A stretch of DNA of 64,000 nucleotides from Squalus acanthias (Eukaryota). The position numbers were made by a program, and so were the translations under genes. The DNA is taken from positions 175,958,001 through 176,022,000 of the forward strand of contig CM059425.1 in assembly GCA_030390025.1 (NCBI GenBank), written 5' to 3'. A model generated the notes under the pieces. It was given only the letters and a program-made list of their open reading frames with translations. It made no database searches and was not told the origin of the DNA. Below are positions 49,982-62,491 of the stretch, piece after piece (positions within the stretch are counted from its first letter, which is position 1; each line of letters starts with the position of its first letter).

Positions 49982-52900
49982 GGGCTCGATTTTGCCAGGC
50001 CCGAGGAGGCGGGATTAGAGGCGTGTGAGGTGTTAAAATCGCAAAAAATGGTGGGCGGCTCCGATCCCGCCTCTATCCCGCCTCCAAGCAATTTTCCCAC
50101 ATTTGTGGTTTCAGAGCCCATTTCCATCCCGCCTCCAAGAGGTGGGATAGGCCCTTAAGGCCCTTAACAACCAGTTAATTGCCTCTATAATCCCATTTTG
50201 AGAGGCCTTTCTGATTTTAACACATTTCCTCCATCCTACACGTCTCCTCTGGAACACGCCAATTAATCCTGGCGGCCTCACAAGTGGGTTGCTTACTAAC
50301 AGCTGCAGCTCCCCCACTAAAAAGCAGTTTTCACCAATGATCACTGCAGGTGGCAGAACTTTGTTGTCTCAGGTCTGGGGGAGCTTTTAGCAGGCATACT
50401 CATTGTTGTGGAAGTTTGGAGCCTGACACCCATCTCCAGTGTGACCTCCTGGGAAACCCCTCTCCCCACCTTGACTGAGCGCTTCCTCAACAGAGGCATA
50501 TACCAGAAGCATGGTGACCATTTATTTCCTTTCCTCCTGGACATCAGATTCGGACGAAGACCTGCCGTGGCAGCAGCAGAACCATAAACAACAGCAGCAC
50601 CAACAGCAGCAGCAACAACAGGAGCGCCAAGCTGCTGCTCACCCACCTGAAGCTGCACAGGCCAGAAGGCACCAGCGCGCGACCACATTGCTGCCCGGGA
50701 TGCAAGGGACACGCTCAGGTTGGCCAGATTTGCTTAGCCTGCACAATCAAACACTTCTGCCTCGCACCTTCTTACCAGAGCATCGACAATGGACAAGAAC
50801 CTACGGATTCCTCTCACTCTGACCACCATACTGACAATTGCAAGTCGCTCTAAGCCCTCAATGTGGAAGTCCCATTTGCGAAATGACACAGGCCACAACT
50901 TCAACAGTTTGCCATCAGAAATTTTTATCACAACAAGCAACTGATGGCATTTCAAAAATAAACACAACATAACACCCAAGTGACTACCCTTGTGACTACT
51001 TGTGCATTATCTTCTTCTTACGCGTGCTCCTATGTGGTGCTTCCCCTGTGGCTTCAGCAGATGTGGAGGCCTCTTGCTCACTTTCTTGCTGCTCCTGTCT
51101 CAACACCTTTGGCGGCCGTCCTCTGGGGTTGCGAACCTGTGAGGGCTCGGCAATAGTCTGCTGCTCCTGCGGCTGTGCAGGGGATGAGACGCCCTTCTCA
51201 GTTGGGTGAGGACTCTGGTGGGGCTCTGACTGAGGGCTTTGCAGTGGCATGGTCGTGTGAGTGCTTGGAGAGGAGCCCCCACTTCTTTGTTGTCTGCCAC
51301 TAACATCCCTCTCATGGGTCAGCCCCACTTCAGAGCTAGCAAGTGGCTCGACAGCACCTTGCTGCACTTCAGGGGGGTCATGAGGACCCACTTCTGCACT
51401 GGAAGTCCTACTCCAGAGGACTTCCATGAAGGTCTGGTTTCTATGCTCAATAGCTGACCATCGCTACTCAAGTGATGCCAGTCTATTCTGAACAATGACC
51501 ATGTTTTCAACACTCTGGCGACTTAGCTCCTCCATGGCTGTAGCCATCCTCTCCTCTACCATAGCCATTCTTTCCACGGAGGTTGCCATCCTTTCCATGG
51601 TGATGCGTTCATGCGCCAATGCCTCCACAAAGGCTCTGCTCATGTTCGCGATGGACTCCTCCATTCGTTCCACACTCGCAGCGACCCTGGATACAAAACC
51701 TGCCAGAGACTCCTGCACCTGTTCCTGGAGTTCCAGCACTGCTCTCCTTCTGGATGGACCCAGAGGCACAGGGTCGACATGCAGCTGAGCCGAGCTGACA
51801 GAGTCCTGCGCCCTCCGACGAGGACTCTCCACTGCTGTCCCTGTCTCCACCATCTGCTGATGCTCACTTGTGATCTGTGATACACCAGGTGACAACACTA
51901 CTCTATCTCGCGAAGGTGCCACCAAGGTGTGAGTGTCTGCACTGGTGCTGGGTGCGCTGAATTCTGCTGATGCTGCGCCCTCAGAGGTTGCAGCTTCCTC
52001 TGAGGAGTCTTGAGGCTCAGGCTGTTCCTCCTGGACAGTGGGGACGGGGGCTCTCGATGGTCCTGTGGGGGAGTAAAGGAAAGAATTAGAGATGTGAGGT
52101 CAAGGTTACATGCACATTGAATAATGCAGATGATCATAAGTCAATCTGTTACAGCATCAGATTCATTATCAGTGACTCATGCAATGTCAATGAGAGAGAT
52201 GCCAAACTATTCCGTCACCAGCTTGCTGTGATGCGCCCATCTGTCCGTCCCCCACTTGGGAATCGTCCTCGACACCGGCAATTTCCAGGGCTGCCTCCTC
52301 CCAGGTGGTGAGCTGGGCTACTGAGGGTGGCCCTCCTCCTGTCCTCGCTCTTTCCCTCTTATTGTGGGCTCTCTTTTCCTGCAATGAGGGACGCAAGTGG
52401 AGTTTGTGTGAGAATGAAGGAGTGAGTGTAGAGAATCCATAGCATAGATGCTTAGAAGGAGACCAAGGGCCCTCCCTGTGTGTTGTAAGTTGTTGTTGTT
52501 GCATCACAGTGATAGGGAGTGTGAGGGCTGCATGGTCAAATAGTTAAGTGAATGTGACCATAGAGAGGGAATGGGTAAGGGTGCAGGGATGTAAGTGTCA
52601 AGTGGGATGTGGAGGAAGAGGTTGGCAAAGCAGAGTGCTGGTGAGGAGAGGCGATTGGGATCAGATTGAGGGTGATGGGAAAGTCATACTCACTTTTCCT
52701 GTGCAGAGAAGGTCATGAAAATTCTTCCTGCACTGCAGCCAGGTTCTGCGGCTCAGAGATGGAGTTGACCTCCTGGGCCACCTGCAGCCACATAGCTTTA
52801 GTCTGCTGGGGTGGCTTTTTTCTCCCTGAGGAAGGGAAGAGCACCTCCTTATTGGATCTTGCTCCCTCCACCAGAGCTTGGAGGGAGGCCTCATCGAAGA

Positions 52901-53211
52901 GTGGAGCACACTTTGGCCTACTGGTGGACATAGTGGATGAATGAAGGGCTTACAACAATGGTCATAAGGTTTCCAGTCTCCAGAAGAAGCAAGGCTGCTT
53001 GCAGGCCTTAAATCCAGCAGCATTGATGACGTCATCGGAGGCGACTTTCTGTATGAAAAGACTCATTGGGCCAGGGGTTTCCACACGCTGGAAATCAAGT
53101 GCCCAATTAGGGGAAAATCACACTTTTTTCCCACTTCACATCGGAGTCGGGATCCTGACACGAAATCCACCTGACACGCCCCAGCCTGCCCCCAATGGCA
53201 AAATCGAGCCC
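49982..53211. mobile_element. Non-autonomous Harbinger 'E' (transposase almost entirely deleted; Myb gene on minus, about 52931-50996, disrupted)
   Basis: Perfect 16-bp TIRs GGGCTCGATTTTGCCA and TGGCAAAATCGAGCCC. ATT TSD at 49979-49981 and 53212-53214. Myb motif LFDEASLQALVE...WLQVAQEV...QCRKNFHDL. Confidence 0.92.
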
Positions 53212-54912
53212 ATTGAGTACAAAAGTAGAGAAGTTATGCTGAACCTTTATAAAGCGCTGGTTAGGCCACAACTGGAGTATTGCGTCCAGTTCTGGTCACC
53301 ACACTTTAGGAAGGATGTGAAGGTCCTTGAGAGGGTGCAGAGGAGATTTACCAGAATGGTTCCAGGGATGGGGGATCTTAACTACAAGGACAGGTTGGAG
53401 AAGCTGGATTTGTTTTCATTAGAGCAAAGGAGGTTGAGGGGTGATTTGATAGAGTTGTATAAGATTATGACGGGTTTGAATATGCTAGATGGGGAAAGGC
53501 TGTTCCCACTAGTTGATGGTACAAGGACTAGGGGATATAGATTTAAGGTATTGGACAAGAGATACAGGGGGGGCGTGAGGAAAAACTTTTTTACGCAGCG
53601 AGTGGTACGTACCTGGAATTCGCTGCCGATGGAAGTGGTGGAAGCGGAGACACTCAATGTTTTCAAGGGGAGACTAGATAGGCACTTGAGGGAAATAAAC
53701 ATGCAGGGCTACAGGGATAGAGCGGGGGAATGGGACTGACTGGATTGCTCTACAGAGAGCCAGCGCCGACTCGATGGGTCGAGTGGCCTCCTTCTGTGCC
53801 GTTATGACTCTATGACATCCACTAGTTCCCCTTTATCTACCCTGCTAGTTACATCCTCAAAGAACTCTAATAAATTTGTCAAACACGATTTCCCTTTCAT
53901 AAAACCATGTTGACTCTGCCTAATCATGTTATGATTTTCTAAGTGCCCTGATACCACTTCCTTAACAATGGATTCCAGCATTTTAACGCCAACTGATGTC
54001 AGGCTAATTGGCCTGTAGTTCCCTGTTTTTTCTCTCCCTCCGTTCTTGAATAGTGATGTTACATTTGTGACCTTCCAATCCGCTGGGACCGTTCTAGAAT
54101 CTAGGGAATTTTGGAAGATCAAAACCAATGCATCCACTCTCTCTTCAGCCACCTCTTTTAGAACCCTAGGAAGTAGGCCGTCAGGTCCAGGGGATTTGTC
54201 GGCTTTTTCTCTAATACTTTTTCTCTACTTATATTAATTACGTTAATTCTTCACCCACATTAGACCCTTGGTTCCCCACCATTTTTGGTATGCTTTTTGT
54301 GTCTTCTACTGTAAAGACAGATACAAAATATTTGTTTAACGTTTCTGCCATTTCCTTATTCCCTATAATAATTTCTCCTGTCTCAGCCGCTAAGGGACCA
54401 ACATTTACTTTTGCTACTCTCTTCATTTTTACATACCTATAGAAGCTCTTACAATCTGCTTTTATATTTCTTGCTAGTTTTCTCTCATTCAATTTTTTCC
54501 CTTTTTATCAATTTTTTTGTCATCCTTTGCTGGTTTCTGAACTTAAGAACATAAGAAATAGGAGCAGGAGTAGGCCATTCGGTTCTTTGAGCCTCTCCCA
54601 ATCCTCAGGCTTACTATTATTCTTTGGAACATTATAAGCTTCTTCTTTCAATCTAATGTGATCCTTAACTTCTTTAGTTAGCCACGGTTGGATCATTTTT
54701 CCCGTGGAATTTTTGTTTCTCAATGGAATGTATTTTTGTTGAGAATTATGAAATATTTCTTTAAATGCTAGCCACTGCTTATCTACCGCCATACCTTTTA
54801 ATCTATTTTTCCAATCTACCTTAGCCAACTCGCCCCTCACACCTATGTAATTGGCTTTATTTAAGTTCAAGATTCTAGTTTTGGACGTAGGCAAGTCACT
54901 CTCAAACTTAAC

Positions 54913-55653
54913 GGCCCAGATATTCCAATCGCAGGCCTCCCGCGGGTGGAGGGCTACGATCTGGAAAAATCTGCGCCAAGACCGGAGGGCTCCCAGGAGG
55001 CGCACAGTTCCGCTCCTGGGCCTCTCCAAACTGCTGGTGCGCAGGGCCCACGTATCCCAGAGGCGCAGGTAGTTCGCAGCGTCCCTGGGATCACGTGGGC
55101 CATGGGGAGCCAATCAGAGAAGGGAATCTGTCCTGTCAAATATATGAATGGAGATCACCCCCAAAACATAGTAAAACATAGTAAAACTTTAAATACATTT
55201 TTTTTAAAAATCACATTTTTAAAATGACTTGAAATTACATAAATTAACTATTTTAAACAAAAATTTAAATTTTTGAAAAAAATAATTTAACAGGGCTAAA
55301 AATAAACTTACCTTTCTTTGAAGTATTTTGAAATGGTAAATCAGTGGAAAAAATCTTTTTTTAAAAACTTTTTTCAACTCTTATCCTGGTAAAAGCAGGC
55401 CTTATGTCTGCTTTTACCAGGCGCAAGAATTGTAAGTGTTTTCTGCGGGCGGAGGGTCTCCAAAAAGCGGAACTCTCCGCTCGCAGAGGCCCTTCTCCAG
55501 GGCAGCCGGAGGATCTGTTAAGAGCTTTCTTGACAGATTGGAAATGCCGGTTTCCAGCGCATGCGCAGTGCAAGGCTGAAACTGGCATTTCCAATGTCCC
55601 TACGGGTGGGTACATAGCGCGTACCCACCCGTAGAGATCAGAATATCCGGCCC
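54913..55653. mobile_element. Harbinger-derived MITE (741 bp) inside the CR1 endonuclease region
   Basis: Termini GGCCCAGATATTC and GAATATCCGGCCC. AAC TSD at 54910-54912 and 55654-55656. The empty site is visible at about 32830-32860. Confidence 0.85.
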
Positions 55654-57894
55654 AACGTGAAATTCTATCATATTATGATCACTCTGCCCCAGAGGATCCT
55701 TTACTATGAGATTGCTAATTAACCCTGTCTCATTACACAATACAAGATCTAAAATAGCCTGTTCCCTGGTTGGTTCCATGACGTATTGTTCTAGGAAACT
55801 GTCCTGGGTGTGCCAGTAAATAGGTGAGCAGGCTTAAGTATGGAAATTTGGGGTTTTGTGCCGGTTGTTGGACCCTGATTGCAATTTCCAGGTACAAATT
55901 GGCGAGCGGCGCTAAGCAAACTCTACCTAGTTGTACCAGGCATTGAACGGTCTAACCAGGAGTCATTAATGGAATTGATGGGGGATGTTCAAAAGACAAT
56001 TGAAGAACTGTTTAGTTTTTATTTTTGTGGGGTAGGAGGAGCAGGAGCATTCAGCGTAGGACTCAGCCAATTTCCTGCCATCATAGAGCCAGTGAGCTCC
56101 TGTTTGGTGCCTGCCATTCGCCTGGGACATGCTAATGAGGCTCGGGCCTCAAAATGTCTCATTCTCTCCGCCGGCACAAAGTGGCGCTACTTTAAAATTT
56201 CCTGCGGGGTGTCACAAAACACATGAAGCTCATGTATCATGTGCAAGTTTTAATAATTACGTAGAGAGGTGGGTGGACTTAAAAACATAATTGGCCCTGA
56301 ATTTCCTTGGACTTTGTGCCACTGTGCTGCTGTAACTTTATCGAAGTGCAGCGGAACCCGTGTTTACATTGCATAATCACAGAAATTTGAAAACTGATGT
56401 CAAGACTGAGTGTTTTCTTTAATATGTTAAAAATAGCTTTCATAACAGGATTTTCATTCACATATTGGGCAATCAGGTTCTCTGGTTAACTTATACTTGA
56501 AGTCGCCACGACACGCCAAATTGTCTATTGTGGGATATTGAGTATCCCACAAATGAAGTTTTCACAGACAATGACCCTGTCCTTTCATAAAAATGCAATT
56601 TCAGTTTTTTGCCAGAAAGAAACAAACACTTACCAAGAACAATCCGAAATTGCTAATGAACCAATTTGATATCATTTGATATGAAATTAAGCATGAAAAG
56701 CTGTTTCTTACAACTGAGCAATTGCTGCTGTGGACACACACTGCAAGAGATTCAGTGAACAAGGACTCTGGTTATCACTTTCACAATTTGATCGATATGG
56801 AATAGTTTTTACCGTTGTCATTTTTACGTGACGAGGATTCAGTCCAGTTCCAGTAACTGATTCAAGCTAGAGAAATGATAGATAAGGAAAACTGAAGAAA
56901 GAAAAAGAGGAACAACTGGTGTTGGACGCCTATTTTCATATTTAAGCAGGTAGGCGTGTTGCTCACCCATTTACGGGCCTACCTGTGAATTGCATCAAGC
57001 GGCCTTGAGTGTCAATGGAGTGGCTGAGGTGCTCCCTCAAATTTTCAACTGCCAGCTGCTCAATTTTCAGGCAAGAAACGGGTGGCCAGCAGCTTTTTAA
57101 ATGTACTTTTTCTACATTTGTTACCAATATATACATACCTCCAGGAGGTCCTGTCTCAGTCACCTTCTTTCAAGGATGTATAGTACAAGTTTCTCCAGGC
57201 TTTTCCCATAACTCAGTCGTCATCAGAGGTATCAGCCTCTTAGCACTTCACTGAACTCTCTTCAGGTGGGGAAATTTAGCCCTACCCGCCCAGTTTCCAA
57301 TAACATGCTTATTTTAATGCATTGCCACAAGGGATAACTTTTCTGCCCTAGTGAGGTCAGTGACCTCTTTCTGGCGTTCAGTCGCTGTGCGGGTGTTGCC
57401 AGATGTGGTACCAATGCCAAGGCCAGGTCCTTCCACTGTGCCAGGATTAACCTCCGGTCCTCCTTTATTCGATTTAAGCCAATAACACCTCAGTTAAAAA
57501 GTCTGTAAATATGTGAGTTTCATACCCTGGAGAACAATCAGCCTCAGACAAAGCAGAGTCCCAAATTATTACAGACATAAAGTGGCTGTCTTTGCCTGTT
57601 CAGCTGATATGGCCAGTTTAAAACTGCACCACCACCTGATTTCCCGAACCACGCCCCTAAGGTGGACTCCCAATAGCACTTCAGAGCTCAGCCTCACCCT
57701 GAATATTTAATTGGGATCCACTGAGGAAAATGTGATAGGATCACGCCAATGGGTACAAGTGCAGTTCCAGTGCACGTCTTCTGGTAAAATCAGCATAGAG
57801 GGCTCATTGATATATTTTGAAAATGTTCCACATGAAAAGCTATTAATTAAACTCAAAGCTGTGAGGATTCAAGCTAAACCTTGGGAGCGGATTT

Positions 57895-59785
57895 TTTTAA
57901 AATTCGTTTATGGGATGTGGGCATCACTGGCAAGGCCAGCATTTATTGCCCAACCCTAATTGCCCTTGAGAAGGTGGTGGTGAGCCGCCTTCTTGAACCG
58001 CTGCAGTTCGTATGGTGAAGGTACTCCCACAGTACTGTTAGGTAGGGAGTTCCAGGATTTTGACCCAGCGACGATGAAGGATCGGCAATATATTTCCAAG
58101 TCAGGATGGTGTGTGACTTGGAAGGGAACTTGGAGGTGGTGGTGTTCCCATGCGCCTGCTGCCCTTGTCCTTCTAGGTGGAAGAGGTCGTGGGTTTGGGT
58201 GTTGCTGCAGTGCATCTTGTAGATGGTACACACTGCAGCCACAGTACGCCGGTGGTGGAGGGAGTGAATGTTTAAGGTGGTGGATGGGGTGCCAATCAAG
58301 CAGGCTGCTTTGTCCTGTATGGTGTTGAGCTTCTTGAGTGTTGTTGGAGCTGCACTCATCCAGGCAAGTGGAGAGTATTCCATCACACTCCTTGCTTGTG
58401 CCTTGTAGATGGTAGAAAGGCTTTGGGGAGTCAGGAGGTGAGACACTCGCCGCAGAATACCTAGCCTCTGACCTGCTCTTGTTGCCACAGTATTTATGTG
58501 GCTGGTCCAGTTAAGTTTCTGGTCAATGGTGACCCCCAGGATGTTGATGGTGGGGGATTCAGCGACGGTAATGCTGTTGAATGTCAAGGGGAGGTGGTTA
58601 GACTCTCGCTTGTTGGAGATAGTCATTGCCTGGCACTTCTGTGGCGCGAATGTTACCTGCCACTTATCAGCCCAAGCCTGAACGTCGTCCAGGTCTTGTT
58701 GCATATGGGCATGGACTGCTTCATTATCTGAGGAGTTGAGAATGGCGCTGAACACTGTGCAGTCATCAGCAAACATCCCCATTTCTGACCTTATATTGGA
58801 GGGAAGGTCATTGATGAAGCAACTGAAGATGGTTGGGCTTAGGACACTGCCCTGAGGAACCCCTGCAGCGATGTCCTGGGGCTATGATGATTGACCTTCA
58901 ATCACCACAACCATCTTCCTTTGTGCTAGGTATGACTCCAGCCAGTGGAGAGTTTTCCCCCTCCCGATTCCCATTGACTTCAGTTTTACTAGGGCTCCTT
59001 GATGCCACACTCGGTCAAATGCTGCCTTGACGTCAAGGGCAGTCACTCTCACCTCACCTCCGGAATTCAGCTCCTTTGTCCATGTTTCGACCAAGGCTGT
59101 AATGAGGTTGGGAGCAGAGTGGTCTTGGCGGAACCCAAACTGGACATCAGTGAGCAGGTTATTGGTGAGTAAGTGCCGCTTGATAGCACTGTCGATGACA
59201 CCTTCCATCACTTTGCTGATGATTGAGAGTAGACTGATGGGGCGGTAATTGGCCAGATTGGATTTGTCCTGCTTTTTGTGGACAGGACATACCTGGGCAG
59301 TTTTCCACATTGTCGGATAGATGCCAGTGTTGTAGCTGTACTGGAACAGCTAGGCTAGAGGTGCGGCTAGTTCTGGAGCACAAGTCTTCAGCACGATAGC
59401 CGGGATGTTTTCAGGGCCCATAGCCTTTGCTGTATCCAGTGCGCTCAGCCATTTCCTGATATCACGTGGAGTGAATCGAATTGACTGAAGACTGGCTTCT
59501 GTGATGGGGGGACCTCAGGAGGAGACCAATATGGATCATCCATGCGGCACTTCTGACTGAAGATAGTTGCAAAAGCTTCAGCCTTGTCTTTTACACTCAC
59601 ATGCTGGGCTCCACCATCATTAAGGATGGGGATATTCATGGAGCCTCCTCCTCCCGTTAGTTGTTTAATGGTCCACCACCATTCGCGACTGGATGTGGCA
59701 GGACTGCAGAGCTTTGATCTGATCCGTTGATTGTGGGATCGCTTAGCCCTGTCTATAGCATGCTGCTTCCCCTTTTTAGCATGCT
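57895..59785 (-). mobile_element. Family-2 LINE, 5'-truncated, RT region; followed by a tRNA-type SINE segment at about 59785-60045 (-)
   Basis: NYRPISLLS, ALDVKAAFDRVWH, MFADDC and MEYSPLAW motifs. Confidence 0.88.
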
Positions 59786-60409
59786 GTGGGACTGGTTTCA
59801 CATATAGGCCAGACCAGGTAATGATGGCAAATTTCCTTCCCTAAAGGACATTAGTGAACCAGATGGGTTTTTACGACAATCCGATAGTTTCATGGTTACC
59901 ATTACTGATACTGACTTTTTATTCCCGATTTATTTAATTAACTGAATTTAAATTCCCCAGCTGCCGTGGTTGAACTCACATCTCTGGATCATTAATCCAG
60001 GCCTCTGGATTACTGGCCCAGTGACATTACCACTACGCTACCGATCCCATGGATACAAGACTGGTTGAAGTATAAGAAACAAAGAGTGTTCATTCAAGGA
60101 GTTATATCAGAGTGGTGAGGGGAACCACTGAGTAGAGTGCCTCAGGGCTTGGTGTTGGGACCACTACTGTTTCTAATTTACATCAACGGCCTGGATTCAG
60201 AAACTTAGTGCAAAGTGTTTATATTGACAGATAATACCAAACTAGGAGGGGCATGTCCTCAGAATGTGCCAAAGCGCTTCACAGACAAAGAAGTATTTTC
60301 AAGTGTAGTCACTTGTTATATAGGCAAAATTTACATCCAGCAATGTCCCACAAACTGCCATGAGATAAATTACCAAGTACCTGAGCAGGCTGTCAGGGCC
60401 TCAGTTTAA

Positions 60410-60775
60410 CATAAAAATAGAAAATGCTGGAAATACTCAGCAGGTCAGGCAGTATCTGTGGCTAGAGAAACAGAGTTAACGTTTCAGGTCGATGACCTTT
60501 GATCAGAACTAGAAAAAGTTAGAGATATAACACGTTTAAGCAAGTACAGAGACAGGGAAAGGGGAGAGGGGAGGAAAGAACTAAAGGGAAGGTCTGTGAA
60601 AGGATGGCAGGCAGGAGAGATTAAAAGACAAAAGGGATGATGGTGCAAGGCAAAAGGAGATGGTAATAGGACAAGTTAAGAAACAAAAGATGAGTCTAGA
60701 TGAAGTGTAAATGCGAATGGCAGAATCATCAACAGCTGCCTTGTGAAAAAAAAATAGGGGCCGAGGTTATGGTCT
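60410..60775 (-). mobile_element. Penelope-like terminal repeat fragment with a mutated hammerhead core (60474-60510)
   Basis: The minus strand reads AGTT-CTGATCA-A-AGGTC-ATC-GACCT-GAAA-CGTT-AACT, i.e. the CUGANGA core with G8 changed to C. Confidence 0.7.
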
Positions 60776-60959
60776 GAAATTGTTAAACATCTCATCTGAA
60801 AGATGATACCTCCGACAATGCAGCACACCCTCAGTACTACGCTGAAGTGTCAGCTTAGATTTTTTGTTCGAGTCTCTGGAGTAGGGCTTGAACCCACAAC
60901 CTTCTGACTCAGAGGCAAGATGGGTCCCGTTGAGCCAAGCTTTGCATCTCAAACAGCCA

Positions 60960-61540
60960 TCTTACATAGCCAAAATAGTAGAATATAAGTCAGAGGAGGT
61001 AGTAATCAAACTTTATAATGCTTTAGTCAGACCGCACCTTGAATACTGCATCCAGTTCTGGTCCCCAAGAAACAAGGAAGACATTCAAGTTCTGGATGCA
61101 GTGCAGAGAAGAGCCTCAAGACTGATCCCTCGTATTAGAGGTGTGAGCTATGAAGAAAGCCAAGAGAAACTTTAGCTTTTCAGCCTTGAAAGGTGTCCAC
61201 AAGGTGATCTTACAGGAGGTATGTAAGATTGTTATGGGAGTGGAAAAAATAAACCTGGAATATTATTTTAAATTAAATTAACTTGCAGAGTAGGACAAAG
61301 AGACACAAGTTAAAATTAGTACTAGGTAATTTAAGGACTAATATCAGGAAATTCTTCTTCACACAGACAGCGACCAGTGTGTGAAATAAACTTTCCAGAT
61401 AATGAAGGTAAAAATGCTGGAATCATTTCAGAAACAATTATTATAATATGGGGTGTGGTGCGGCTGGGGGGGGCATTAGGATCTCTCTGGATGGATGAAC
61501 TAAGAGGGGCTGAATGACCTTCCTCATGTAGAATTAACCT
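60960..61540 (+). mobile_element. Old CR1 3' fragment (other pieces at about 57800-57890 and 60050-60250)
   Basis: EYKSEEVVIKLYNALVRPHLEYCIQFWSP. Confidence 0.8.
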
Positions 61541-62325
61541 GTGCTCTTGCGGTGGAAGATCCAGGCCGTAGGTGTCATCGAGTGGACTGATGGAGATTTG
61601 TATTTTGGCTCCTCACTTGGTGAATTTTTGATTTAATACTATGTGGGGGGCGGAATAGTATGAGCCAAAAATTTAACAGACCTATTTTTTGAGGGGGAAC
61701 TGGACTGAGGTGGGACTAATGCCTTTGACCCTGTCCCAAATCCCGAGGATGGGATCACGTACATACTAGGGAGTGATGGCCCATATCTTTTGAGGCGCAA
61801 CAGGGTGTCCACCCCACTTTGCCGGTGGGTGATTGGAGCAGCCCCCTCACTCCAAGGCAGGGAGCCCAAGGTCCTTATGAGGCCGAAGAGCAGGATTTAA
61901 AAAAAATTCTCACAGGGAATCTAGGACATGCATTCAAAGGTAATCAATCCCTCCAGGATCAATTGTCTATGCTCATACATTTCTTTGGGGCCTTCAGAAG
62001 GCCCAGAACAGAACCCATGCCTGGTCTGTGTGGGATCCACAGACAGGAGGGAGGCAAATGCTGGGCAGAATTACTGAGGTAGCCACCAAACTGCTGTGGG
62101 AAGTGGCCAGCTGTATTCCACCCAAAATTAAGCCCCCACCCCTCCCAAGATTATGCTTTGGAATTTCAGGCCCTGTTAATGTTTCCCTTTAGGAAAGGGA
62201 GAGAACATCAGAGACAGAATCACCTGAGTTTGTTCTCATCCATCTCCTGGCAGCTAGTGGCAGCTCCATCGGTAGGCCCCTTTCTGTCCTTTCAGTTTGG
62301 GATGATTAGTGGCATCAAAAGGTAA

Positions 62326-62491
62326 AAATGAGAAGTCGCACAACACCAGGTTATAGTCCAACATAACTTACCTGACGAAGGAGCGACAGCTCCGAAAGCT
62401 TGTAAAATTAAATAAATCTGTTGGACTATAACCTGGTGTTGTGCGACTTCTCATTTTTGTCCACCCCAGTCCAACGCCGGCATCTCCACAT
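62326..62491 (+). mobile_element. Penelope-derived mini-element with a perfect 40-bp inverted repeat and a 13-bp TSD
   Basis: Arms at 62324-62363 and 62419-62458 are exact reverse complements. CATCAAAAGGTAA occurs at 62313-62325 and 62492-62504. Confidence 0.85.
62368..62405 (+). ncRNA. Minimal type I hammerhead ribozyme
   Basis: TTAC-CTGACGA-A-GGAGC-GACA-GCTCC-GAAA-GCTT-GTAA. Stem I is TTAC/GTAA, the CUGANGA and GAAA cores are intact, stem II has 5 bp, and stem III is the palindromic AGCU with a CUU cleavage triplet. Confidence 0.8.

Larger units (their letters stand above)
48472..55805 (-). mobile_element. CR1 (-; 48472-49606 + 53815-55805) interrupted by a second CR1 (+; 49607-53814), Harbinger E and a MITE
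   Basis: The RT ORF pieces join across an ACATC duplication (49602-49606 and 53815-53819). The inner CR1 ORF ...INRGI/EYKSREVML... is split by Harbinger E. Confidence 0.82.

Noticed and set aside
52999..53739. 246-aa ORF as a novel fusion protein
   Set aside because: Chance read-through from the Harbinger E terminus into the CR1 RT tail. The same applies to 2403-3374, 37900-38538 and 54520-55113.
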